This document shows, piece after piece, positions 1 to 9,153 of a stretch of DNA of 64,000 nt (position 1 is its first letter; each line of letters begins with the position of its first letter). The stretch is from positions 205,111 to 269,110 of the forward strand of contig CAWGPQ010000008.1 in assembly GCA_963824495.1 (NCBI GenBank), read 5' to 3'. A model generated the notes under the pieces. It had not been told where the DNA came from and did no database searches. It saw nothing but the letters and a program-made list of their open reading frames with translations. This stretch comes from an uncultured bacterium. Its GTDB lineage: Bacteria > Babelota > Babeliae > Babelales > Babelaceae. Both the position numbers and the translations under genes were made by a program.

Positions 1-2
1 TT

Positions 3-848
3 TTTATCGCCATTCCATTTTTTAGAAACTTCATACCCATCTTTCTCGGTAGGCTTGCCAGGGGCTTGGGCATTATCATTCTTAACCTTCTTATCATCTT
101 CTTTAGGGTTATTCTCTATTTGATCTACAGTATTGCGATATTTAACGATTTCGTCAGCATTGAAATCAAGATAATATTTTGGTTGCTCTCGACTGCCTGC
201 AAAGTATTGAATGCTAAGCCCACATAATCCCCCAATAGCTATACCATCTACAATGGTAACGGGCCCAAAAAACGAACCAGCAGCGCCACCTGCTACCGCC
301 CCTTCACCAAAGGCAATGGCCAAACCAGCAGCTAAAGCTGGTAGTGGCATATTGTGGGTAATAATAGAATGATGCCCTACAAAATAATTATGAGATCCTT
401 CGATCTCAAGTGCGTAGACTTTAAGAGGCCTTTTAACAAATCTTATATCAGCAATAGGTATCAACTTTTTATGATCACTTAAAAGAACATCTCCCTTTCT
501 AAGTTTATAAGCAGAAATCCATTTCTTGATTTTAGGCATCCAAAACCTTTGTGTTGGTGTACAAATAATCTCATCGACAAAGAACTTGGCAAGGCCAATC
601 TTAAAATAGCAGTTCGTCACGCTACTACCCGCTGATTTTACGCCCCTTATTACAGCTACATGAGAGTTATAATAGCTCTTCACCCTTGTCGGCTTTTTAG
701 GAAGCCATTCATGAATTTGTTCTATTGTTTTCCAGTGGCCATTACATCTTACAAGCGTATTTCCACCAAACCCATGACCATACATCAAGGGATCTGAAAG
801 CACGAAAGTCAACAACAGAGAATATTCCAACCATTTAAATTGCGACAT
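3..848 (-). CDS. Secreted Hint-domain polymorphic toxin-like protein (3' end outside window)
   Basis: Hand translation, not in the ORF track: MSQFKWLEYSLLLTFVLSDPLMYGH-GFGGNTLV...CTPTQRFW...VYALEIEGSHNYFVGHHSIITHN-MPLPALAAG..(Gly zipper)..AQAPGKPTEKDGYEVSKKWNGDK. AGGGGG SD upstream; frame open to the window edge. Confidence 0.8.
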   Translation of the reverse strand, partial: MSQFKWLEYSLLLTFVLSDPLMYGHGFGGNTLVRCNGHWKTIEQIHEWLPKKPTRVKSYYNSHVAVIRGVKSAGSSVTNCYFKIGLAKFFVDEIICTPTQRFWMPKIKKWISAYKLRKGDVLLSDHKKLIPIADIRFVKRPLKVYALEIEGSHNYFVGHHSIITHNMPLPALAAGLAIAFGEGAVAGGAAGSFFGPVTIVDGIAIGGLCGLSIQYFAGSREQPKYYLDFNADEIVKYRNTVDQIENNPKEDDKKVKNDNAQAPGKPTEKDGYEVSKKWNGDK

Positions 849-1090
849 AAGCACCCCCTATCTCCTTTATATACTTAAAGGAAGGTACTGCTCAATAATT
901 ACTCCTCATAATTTTAAGGATTCGTATTTAAAGGGATTTTTTTCAACATTTTTTGTGTAGATAATGATTACATAAAAATAACGCTGATAAATTATTGGCA
1001 AATCACCTATCTCTCGTTTATAGTAGCAAGTGAGCTTTGAGCATCTTTTTACCATTTTTACCATGTCTTAATTTTAGGGGAACCACGTGA

Positions 1091-1912
1091 ATGCAGTATC
1101 TTGAACACGTATGCACCATGGTTACTAGGTATGTAGACATACTAACGTGGCGTGATTATTGTGAGGTATTTTTTTTCTCAACAGTAATCTATTATTTTTC
1201 ACGATGGCTCAACAAAGAGCACGATAAAGTTCTTCTGCTGCTATTCTATGGATATTGTGTGCTTGTGCTTGTAGCCTACTATGCACAATTAACTACTATA
1301 AGCATGGCTCTTTTTATTGGTGCGCCAGTAACACTTATGCTTATAGGCATTCTTCATCAGGAAAGATTACAAAAAAACTTTATCACCTATAAACAGCGTA
1401 TTATCGGTGCACATGACGAAAAACAGTGGCCACAAGAGCTTATTGCCGCCTGCTTACAAGCGCTTAATAAACAGAGAAGGCTTATTTGTATGATTGAGCG
1501 CACTGATAGTTTACAAGTATTTTTTACGCAGGCATGTATTATTAATGCTCATGTAAAGAAAGAGCTTATAGCTATGGCGCTTGATGCGTGTGGTGCTGAA
1601 AAGCCACTCGTACTCTGGCTTAATCATCACGGTATCTTGCGAGCATTACAGGTTACGCTGGCCGACCCTGCACAAAATATGCTTATCACTACACAAGCTC
1701 AAACGCTGCCTTATTGGTATCAGCAAGCTCTTGTCATTACCAGCAAAACTGATTCGCTTATTATAACCACCTGTCCTGAAACAGGTCTTTTTGATCTTAT
1801 ATTGCAAGAAAGTATTGCAGAATCGTTAACAGCACATCAAACGCTTATATTCTTGCAGCGTTATATTGATCTCAACAATGTGAACAAAAGGCACACATCA
1901 CCATGCGCATAA
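1091..1912 (+). CDS. cdaA: CdaA/DacA-like membrane protein with degenerate diadenylate cyclase domain
   Basis: Three N-terminal TM helices, ICMIERTDSL and ALVITSKTDSLIITTCPETG segments matching the DAC fold, and position upstream of cdaR-glmM. DGA and RHR motifs are absent. Confidence 0.7.
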   Translation: MQYLEHVCTMVTRYVDILTWRDYCEVFFFSTVIYYFSRWLNKEHDKVLLLLFYGYCVLVLVAYYAQLTTISMALFIGAPVTLMLIGILHQERLQKNFITYKQRIIGAHDEKQWPQELIAACLQALNKQRRLICMIERTDSLQVFFTQACIINAHVKKELIAMALDACGAEKPLVLWLNHHGILRALQVTLADPAQNMLITTQAQTLPYWYQQALVITSKTDSLIITTCPETGLFDLILQESIAESLTAHQTLIFLQRYIDLNNVNKRHTSPCA

Positions 1913-2295
1913 GCCTTGCAGGGTTCATAAGCAGTAGTCTTCTTAAAGTAAGCTCTGGTATTCTTGGCTTTTTGTTGTGGTCTCTCATGAGTGGTTCACG
2001 CTATCACGAAGTTACTCTCACGGTACCGATATGCTTGTATAATATGCCTGATCAAGCACTGAATCAAGCACCAGTACTAGAGCCTGAACAGATTACGGTT
2101 ACACTGGGCGGCACACGTTCACATCTGCAAGACCTTATGCATGAAGAGCTTGGGCTCCATATCAATTATGCTACACTTACTATAGGGCAAACGCTGGTTC
2201 AACCAACCCAGCATCAACTTCTATTGCCAGCAGATATTAAACTGGTAAGCTATAAGCCCCTTTATGCAACTATTATTAAACAGGAAGTATCGTGA
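1903..2295 (+). CDS. cdaR: CdaR/YbbR-like protein (single YbbR domain)
   Basis: N-terminal TM, then TVPI..N.P and P.QITVTLGG motifs; lies between cdaA and glmM with overlapping ends. Confidence 0.65.
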   Translation: MRISLAGFISSSLLKVSSGILGFLLWSLMSGSRYHEVTLTVPICLYNMPDQALNQAPVLEPEQITVTLGGTRSHLQDLMHEELGLHINYATLTIGQTLVQPTQHQLLLPADIKLVSYKPLYATIIKQEVS

Positions 2296-3653
2296 ACATA
2301 TCAAACATATTTGGCACTGATGGCATTCGAGATCACGTTGGCACAGGTCTGCTCACTCTTGATAAACTTCCCATTCTGGGAAAAGCCCTTGCTACATGGG
2401 CATGTGACAAATATCAACGAGAACCACATGTATTACTTATTCATGATACACGTATATCGTGCTCTTTCATTAAAGCGGCTCTTACGTCAGGACTCTTACT
2501 TTCGCCCATTAAGCTTTATAATGGCGGTATTCTACCAACACCTGCTGGAGCACTAATAGCACATTACACAAAACTTTTTGATTGCGTGCTTATCATTTCT
2601 GCCTCACATAACCCCTGGCATGATAATGGTATTAAGATTATCGATGGCGGAACAGGCAAATTGACGTTTGATGATGAACGTGTGCTAGTTGAGCGTATAG
2701 TACACTATAGCCTAAACGCCCCCTCCAGTAATAATAAGGGTTATCAAACACTCGGACAAGAAGTTATCTGGACGACGGGGGAAGATACGTATTGCTCGTT
2801 TGTTACCAGCTTATTTTCTTCTCATATGCTTACCGGCAAAAAAATAATTCTTGATACCGCCAATGGGGCAAGCTATCGGGTTGCCCCGCGAATATTTTCT
2901 GTGCTTGGTGCACAAGTTATTACCCTTAATAACATCCCTAATGGGGTTAATATAAATCAAGCCTGTGGCACCCAGTATCTCGATCACCTTCAACAAGAGG
3001 TAATAAAAAATCAAGCAGATATGGGCTTTGCATTCGATGGCGATGGCGATCGTGTTATTGCAGTTAATCATGAGGGTGAAATAAAAAATGGCGATGATAT
3101 TTTAGCACTTTTACTTGCTCATCCTGAGTATAGTACAAGCACAAAGATTGTCGGTACTGTTATGAGCAATCAGGCATTTGAGAAGTTTCTTGAACAACAA
3201 GGTAAACAGTTAGTACGAACACCCGTTGGTGATAAATATATTGTTGAGCAGCTCATACAACAACGTTTACTTATAGGTGGTGAGCCATCAGGTCATATTA
3301 TACTAAATCCACAAAGACCTATAGGAGACGGCATTATTACTGCCCTTAAGCTTATTGAAACACTTTCATATTCGGATAATTGGTCAATGAGGACATTTGC
3401 TCATTATCCACAAATACTTATTAATGTTCCCGTTAACCATAAGTATGACCTAGAGCACCCATTGCTGGCAGATAGTATACTACAGGCACAATCACATCTG
3501 ACAAATGGCCGTTTGCTTGTACGTTATTCGGGCACAGAGCCTTTATTGCGTATCATGGTAGAAGATATATCTCATCATCATGCCACACAAGTTGCCCACA
3601 ATGTAGCTTATACAATCTGTCAAATACTTGAAAAAACATTCGAAAACAGGTGA
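2292..3653 (+). CDS. glmM: Phosphoglucosamine mutase
   Basis: FGTDGIR, ISASHNP, FDGDGDR, GGEPSGH and RYSGTEP motifs. Confidence 0.95.
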   Translation: MNISNIFGTDGIRDHVGTGLLTLDKLPILGKALATWACDKYQREPHVLLIHDTRISCSFIKAALTSGLLLSPIKLYNGGILPTPAGALIAHYTKLFDCVLIISASHNPWHDNGIKIIDGGTGKLTFDDERVLVERIVHYSLNAPSSNNKGYQTLGQEVIWTTGEDTYCSFVTSLFSSHMLTGKKIILDTANGASYRVAPRIFSVLGAQVITLNNIPNGVNINQACGTQYLDHLQQEVIKNQADMGFAFDGDGDRVIAVNHEGEIKNGDDILALLLAHPEYSTSTKIVGTVMSNQAFEKFLEQQGKQLVRTPVGDKYIVEQLIQQRLLIGGEPSGHIILNPQRPIGDGIITALKLIETLSYSDNWSMRTFAHYPQILINVPVNHKYDLEHPLLADSILQAQSHLTNGRLLVRYSGTEPLLRIMVEDISHHHATQVAHNVAYTICQILEKTFENR

Positions 3654-3660
3654 AAGCATA

Positions 3661-4320
3661 ATGAGCACTATCACACGGCGACTTACTACTATAGTACGAA
3701 CTTTCGTATACTCTTTACGATCACTATTTCTTACCGGCTTGATTACTCTTTTACCTATTGCACTGACAGCCGGTCTTGCCATTGTTTCCCTTCGGGCTGT
3801 AAAATCATGGCTTGCTCCACTCTATAACTTGGAACCTGATTATCTTAAACGGTTCCCTCACTCAGAAATTATCTTTGCGCTTATTGTTATTCTTATACTA
3901 GGCGTTATTTTGAGATTTGTTGTAGTTGCGTCTTTAATTCGATGGGCAGAATCTGGACTGAGCAGGGTACCACTTGTACGCCAAATTTATTTTGGTATTA
4001 AGCAACTTGTTCATGCATTTACTTCTCAGGATACGGCATCGTTTCAAACGGTTATTTTAATAGAATTTCCGCGAAAAGGCATCTATAGCCTTGGCTTTGC
4101 AACACGCAAGCTGCCTCGTGAACTTTCACCGACCGAGGCAGAACACTTTTTGAGTATTTTTATACCCACAACACCCAATCCAACAACTGGCTACTATATT
4201 ATTGCACAAGCTGCTGATTGCAAAATTGTCGATTTAACACGACAAGAAGCAATGGCTATTATCATATCTGGCGGAATTATTCAACCCGAACGGTTTGAGA
4301 AGCAGCATAATTTTCAATAA
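3661..4320 (+). CDS. DUF502 family membrane protein
   Basis: FLTGLITLLP, RVPLVRQIY..IKQ, EFPRKG and FIPTTPNPTTG motifs; ATG at 3661 preferred over TTG at 3628. Confidence 0.85.
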   Translation: MSTITRRLTTIVRTFVYSLRSLFLTGLITLLPIALTAGLAIVSLRAVKSWLAPLYNLEPDYLKRFPHSEIIFALIVILILGVILRFVVVASLIRWAESGLSRVPLVRQIYFGIKQLVHAFTSQDTASFQTVILIEFPRKGIYSLGFATRKLPRELSPTEAEHFLSIFIPTTPNPTTGYYIIAQAADCKIVDLTRQEAMAIIISGGIIQPERFEKQHNFQ

Positions 4321-4882
4321 AATCTTTTATTTGCCGGGCTGTAGCGATCCATGATTCTAATTCTTCTTTACTTGGCCCACGTAACTCAAAAAGCACATCT
4401 TCTTCTGAGTTATTTTTGGCATTCTCAAGACGTCGCTGCCTTTCTTCAAAAGCATCGATAAAATATTGTGCCCACTCTTGTGCACCCATAAACGTAACGT
4501 CGTTATAATGTACACACCCCTGCGTAGATGCTCCTGTATCAAGCAATATCTTAACGAGCTCTAGAGCTTTAGGACCTTGAGTACTTTGAGCTATCGCAAA
4601 AAATAATGGACCACACTGCATAGTATCATTGGTATAAAGAACACGTACATCAGCACCCTTATTAATAATCACCTGAACCTGATCAGGATCGGTCTGTTCA
4701 ATTGCTTCGACAAGTTGCTCTTGAAGTTGATCTTGAAATTGATCTTGAAATTCGGTGGCTAAGACTTCGCCGGAGATCACCGCCACAAGCATACTGCCTA
4801 TAAGCATTACCCCACCCACAAGAATTTTGGAAATAGTTTTGGAAATAATCATGACAACTCCTTCTTTAAAGCAATTCTTCAA
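4277..4882 (-). CDS. Secreted ankyrin-repeat-like protein
   Basis: Hydrophobic N-terminus; LVEAIE..IINKGADV and PLFFAI..LVKILLDTGA repeats. Confidence 0.6.
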   Translation of the reverse strand: MKNCFKEGVVMIISKTISKILVGGVMLIGSMLVAVISGEVLATEFQDQFQDQLQEQLVEAIEQTDPDQVQVIINKGADVRVLYTNDTMQCGPLFFAIAQSTQGPKALELVKILLDTGASTQGCVHYNDVTFMGAQEWAQYFIDAFEERQRRLENAKNNSEEDVLFELRGPSKEELESWIATARQIKDFIENYAASQTVRVE

Positions 4883-4896
4883 AAAATTGTTAGCAT

Positions 4897-5850
4897 CTAT
4901 CGCTTAAAATGCCCAAATAAAAATTTAAAATAAAAAAGATCCAAAGCGCAAGATACTGTACCATTTTTAAGCCGATAATCAAGTGCGTAGAGAAAATCGT
5001 GAGCAACAATAAGCTCGGTACGCGAAACGTGCTGAATATCACTCAGCGAAAATGGTATACGATAGACCATTTTTTTTGCTGCTTCTTTGCCAACTTTTTC
5101 AACACATGAAAGAAACATACACGCTTGCCACAACTGGTCAGACCAATAGTGTATCCAAAATTCCTCGGGGTAATTGCCTTCACACTGTAGCCACTCTTGC
5201 AAAAACAGGTCATAGTGTTTAGCAAAGAATAAGCGACTTAACGTGAAGAGCGATCTTTTCGGAGTAATTATCTTGTTAAGCCATCGATTAATAAAATTCT
5301 CAGGCCGTCGCCCACCCAAACTCTGATAGCAGAGCATGAGCGATGCTTCGTCAAGCGTCAACGTTTCATGATGCTTAAAGAGAGAAGTAATAAATTGAGT
5401 GTCTTGACAATAGGTCCCCTGGAAAAAATGGAAAAGCTCTTTATAACCACGTCGATCAAGCCGCTCCGGAAGCTGTATACTCAGTAAGCTTGCAGAAGAA
5501 ATAGGTGCATCAAGAAAAAAGCTGAGCGCGTGTGGCCCTGTATAGTCTTTCACATAAGCAATAAGTTGGGTACGTTGCGCTTCATCAAGTATGCTTAAAT
5601 TTTTAAGCCAATAGAGGACATTGACACCGAGAAAGCTCGTTTGGCAATGAGCATAAATGGAGCCAAGCTCATACTGCGTAACGTCAAGTACTATAACCTG
5701 CTCATGACGTACTACTTGTAAACGTGTAAAAAAGCGAGAGAAAAAGAGAAGAGGATACGTAGTTCCTGTAAAGGACCAAACAGATGGCACGACAGATGAC
5801 ACATGGGCTTTTGAATCTTGTATATGACGCAAAAAGTCTAGTAATTCCAT
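4897..5850 (-). CDS. holA: Probable divergent DNA polymerase III delta subunit
   Basis: Size, TSFLG motif, SLFTLS segment and C-terminal LDYRLKNG...LDLF typical of HolA. Confidence 0.55.
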   Translation of the reverse strand: MELLDFLRHIQDSKAHVSSVVPSVWSFTGTTYPLLFFSRFFTRLQVVRHEQVIVLDVTQYELGSIYAHCQTSFLGVNVLYWLKNLSILDEAQRTQLIAYVKDYTGPHALSFFLDAPISSASLLSIQLPERLDRRGYKELFHFFQGTYCQDTQFITSLFKHHETLTLDEASLMLCYQSLGGRRPENFINRWLNKIITPKRSLFTLSRLFFAKHYDLFLQEWLQCEGNYPEEFWIHYWSDQLWQACMFLSCVEKVGKEAAKKMVYRIPFSLSDIQHVSRTELIVAHDFLYALDYRLKNGTVSCALDLFYFKFLFGHFKR

Positions 5851-5862
5851 TAAGTGTTTATA

Positions 5863-6669
5863 TCAGGGCTCATAGGCAGGAAAAATAAGAGACTGATTGC
5901 GCAATAATCGTGTACGATCTTTTGTAAATATATAGGGGTGTTTATCAAAAAACGCAAAGAGCTCCCCGGATCCTTGAATAGCTAATAAGCGCAAATGTTC
6001 ATAATCAGCCCAGTCAAGAGGTGCTCGTTCAGCTGATCCTTGAATCTCAACCACTTTACCTGATCTAGTCATAACAAAATTAAAATCTACATCAATGGTG
6101 CTATCTTCAGCAAAGTCCATATCAAGCAAGGGTCCATGCTCACCTAAGCCTACTGATACACCTGCAAGCTCGTCAGTAAGCAGAGGCCGTGGTAAAATTG
6201 ATAGAGCCGTCCAGCGCTCTTGAGCTGCCTTGAGCGCAAGATATGCCCCTGTTATACAAGCAGTTCGTGTGCCACCATCTGCTTGTAGCACATCGCAATC
6301 AATGAAAATTGTCTGCTCACCCAACATCGTAAGATCAGTTACCGCACGAAGTGCTCGACCTATTAACCGTGAAATTTCAATAGTTCTACCACTTCTTTTG
6401 TTTGCAGTTATTTCTCTAACGGTGCGTATGGGTGTAGAAACGGGCAGTAACGCATATTCTGCAGTCAACCATCCGCTCTTTTTACCCTTAAGGAAATGAG
6501 GGATACCATTCTGAAGTGTTACTGCACATAAAACTTTGGTATTGCCTATCTGAAAAAGAGTAGAGCCGGCGGCATACGAAAATATATCATATGTTACGCT
6601 TAAGGGACGGAGCCGGTTATATAACCGATCACTTGAGCGTACACATGCTGAAGCCATAACATTCTGCAT
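5863..6669 (-). CDS. rph: Ribonuclease PH
   Basis: GWLTAEYALLP, SGRTIEISRLIGRALR and DVLQADGGTRTA motifs. Confidence 0.95.
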   Translation of the reverse strand: MQNVMASACVRSSDRLYNRLRPLSVTYDIFSYAAGSTLFQIGNTKVLCAVTLQNGIPHFLKGKKSGWLTAEYALLPVSTPIRTVREITANKRSGRTIEISRLIGRALRAVTDLTMLGEQTIFIDCDVLQADGGTRTACITGAYLALKAAQERWTALSILPRPLLTDELAGVSVGLGEHGPLLDMDFAEDSTIDVDFNFVMTRSGKVVEIQGSAERAPLDWADYEHLRLLAIQGSGELFAFFDKHPYIFTKDRTRLLRNQSLIFPAYEP

Positions 6670-6680
6670 TATAATTACTC

Positions 6681-8753
6681 TTACTTAATAATCTTTAAGC
6701 GTATACGACCATTTTCACTGTCATAGTCAGTAACTTCTACGAGAAGTTGCTCACCTACTTGTATAGTTTTCATAAAGCTTTCCTGTTCTTGACGAGGTAT
6801 GGTTGAAATATGCACCAATCCATCGACACCCGGGGCAATTTCGACAAAAATGCCAAAATCAGCAATACGCTTAACACGACCATGATAGCGGGTGCCACGC
6901 TCAATCTGTCCTGCTAGAGTTTTAACCCAGAGAACTGCTTGATCAAGCTTTTCACCGGGATGACCAAATATTTTGACTAAACCATCATCTTCTATATCAA
7001 TGGTTGTTCCAGTTTTTTCAGTAATTTCCCGAATAGTTTTACCACCCGATCCAATGATAGCACCAATCTTATCGGTAGGAACTTTAAATGAAATAATTTG
7101 AGGAACGAGTTCTGAAAGCTGTGGCCGTGGTGCACTCATTATTTTTTGCATGTGCTGTAATATATATAACCTACCCTGACGTGCTTGTGCCAGTGCTTTT
7201 TCAAATACAGCACGTGGCAAGCCACCCTTATATTTGATATCCATTTGAATAGCAGTTATGGCTGTTGCAGTTCCTGCTACTTTAAAGTCCATTAACCCCA
7301 TTTCATCTTCAATACCAGCGATATCACTGATAACCCTAAATTCACTATCACGACTACGCAATAGTCCCATTGCTATACCACTTATCATAGTATGCATAGG
7401 TACCCCTGCATCTAAAAGTGCCATGGTTGATCCACAGACGGTAGCCATAGATGATGAACCATCCGATTCAAGAATATCGGCAACTATACGGATAGTATAA
7501 GGAAACTGCTCTCGAGAAGGCAACGCATATCTAAGAGCAGAAGCTGCTAGATATCCATGCCCTACTTCTCGTCTACTTGGTCCTCTCATAGGCCGGACTT
7601 CCCCAACCGAGAACGGAGGGAAGTTATAATGAAGCATAAACCTATCCATTGAATCGCCCATAAGCGTTTCAATTTTAGCCTCGTCTTGTCCGCCCCCAAG
7701 TGTCACGCTTGCCAGTGCTTGCGTTCGACCCCGCTTAAATAATGCTGACCCATGATTATAAGGTAGAAGCCCAACTTCTGTAGAGATAGGACGAACTTGA
7801 TCAAATGCTCGACCATCAATGCGCTTGTTAAGCTTAAAAATAATTTCGTTAATAACTTCACGAAGCGTGGTATCAAAAATATATTCAACAAATGTTTCAG
7901 AATTTGTTGTAGCAATTTCTTGTGCATAACGTTGCAAAAAAGCATGCTTAAGCTCAGCACGTACAGTACCTCGCTCAAGCTTATCAGCAGTCAACATACG
8001 CTGAACGTGCTCATCAGACAAAACAGATACGACACGCTCACGCCATAGTTGCCAATCAAACTGATCAACAATAGGCTCTTTTTCAACAAGAAGCTCTTCC
8101 TGTATAGTTTGCTGCCATACAACCTGCTCTTTAATTTTTTCGTGTGCTAGAAAAAGAGCATCTATAAACTCTGCTTCAGAGATTCCCTGCGCAGAACCTT
8201 CAACCATGCATATGCCCTCAGCGGTACCCGCAAAAATAAGCTTGACATCAGACTGTAAGCTTTGAGGGAATGTTGGGTTAATAACCCATTGAGCATTAAG
8301 CCGAGCAACTTCAGCTACACCGATAGGCCCAAGAAATGGTATCTTTGATGCAGTTAATGCAAGTGAGCTTGCAAGCAAAGCAAGTGTATGTGGAGCATGA
8401 TCTTTATCAACAGAATATACTGTCACCAAAACCTGAAGCTGATTAAAATAATTAGTTGGAAATAATGGTCTGATAGACCTGTCTATTAACCTGCTTGTTA
8501 ATATTTCTTTATCGCTAAACTTACCCTCACGTTTAAAGTACCCCCCTGGTATTTTACCTGCTGCTGAAAAGTGCTCGCGATAGTCAACCGTCAATGGTAG
8601 AAAGCCCGGAAACTCAACAGAAGGTGCTGAAACAACGGTGGCAAGAACAACCGTACCCCCTTGTTGAAGCCATGCATCACCATCGGCTTGACCAGCATAT
8701 TTACCAATAGTTACTTCATACCCGCTGTCTGGCAACCTAAACCTTCTTTCCAT
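6681..8753 (-). CDS. pnp: Polyribonucleotide nucleotidyltransferase
   Basis: PLTVDYRE, RREVGHG, ESDGSSSMA and DFKVAGT motifs; KH and S1 domains. Confidence 0.97.
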   Translation of the reverse strand: MERRFRLPDSGYEVTIGKYAGQADGDAWLQQGGTVVLATVVSAPSVEFPGFLPLTVDYREHFSAAGKIPGGYFKREGKFSDKEILTSRLIDRSIRPLFPTNYFNQLQVLVTVYSVDKDHAPHTLALLASSLALTASKIPFLGPIGVAEVARLNAQWVINPTFPQSLQSDVKLIFAGTAEGICMVEGSAQGISEAEFIDALFLAHEKIKEQVVWQQTIQEELLVEKEPIVDQFDWQLWRERVVSVLSDEHVQRMLTADKLERGTVRAELKHAFLQRYAQEIATTNSETFVEYIFDTTLREVINEIIFKLNKRIDGRAFDQVRPISTEVGLLPYNHGSALFKRGRTQALASVTLGGGQDEAKIETLMGDSMDRFMLHYNFPPFSVGEVRPMRGPSRREVGHGYLAASALRYALPSREQFPYTIRIVADILESDGSSSMATVCGSTMALLDAGVPMHTMISGIAMGLLRSRDSEFRVISDIAGIEDEMGLMDFKVAGTATAITAIQMDIKYKGGLPRAVFEKALAQARQGRLYILQHMQKIMSAPRPQLSELVPQIISFKVPTDKIGAIIGSGGKTIREITEKTGTTIDIEDDGLVKIFGHPGEKLDQAVLWVKTLAGQIERGTRYHGRVKRIADFGIFVEIAPGVDGLVHISTIPRQEQESFMKTIQVGEQLLVEVTDYDSENGRIRLKIIK

Positions 8754-8759
8754 ACCTAC

Positions 8760-9026
8760 TTATCCCCTAATACCTAAACGCTCAATAAGCTCTTTATAAT
8801 GTTCTTCATCTTTTCGCTTAATATATTCAAGAAAGCGGCGTCTACGACCAACTAATTTCATAAGCCCCGTTTTTGAAGCGTTATCGTGATGATGCTTCTT
8901 AAAATGCTCATTCAAGTGATTGATTCGCGTTGTAAGCAATGCAATTTGAAGTTGTATCGATCCCGTGTCATGGTCTGACATACGATAGCCATGTATCAAT
9001 TCTTTTTTCTTTTCTAATGAAAGCAT
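8760..9026 (-). CDS. rpsO: 30S ribosomal protein S15
   Basis: DTGS..QIALLT.RI.HL..H and LVGRRRR motifs; directly upstream of pnp. Confidence 0.97.
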   Translation of the reverse strand: MLSLEKKKELIHGYRMSDHDTGSIQLQIALLTTRINHLNEHFKKHHHDNASKTGLMKLVGRRRRFLEYIKRKDEEHYKELIERLGIRG

Positions 9027-9060
9027 AGAGTAACCTCATATATATAGTATACAGATATCA

Positions 9061-9132
9061 TAGGCGCGAGCGGATTCGGACCGCTGACCCCTGCTACGTC
9101 AAAGCAGTGCTCTACCACTGAGCTACGCGCCT
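9061..9132 (-). tRNA. tRNA-Val(GAC), CCA not encoded
   Basis: AGGCGCG acceptor; anticodon arm CTGCT-TTGACGT-AGCAG; T-loop reads TCCGAAT. Confidence 0.9.
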
Positions 9133-9153
9133 TAATAATGATAATGATGAACA

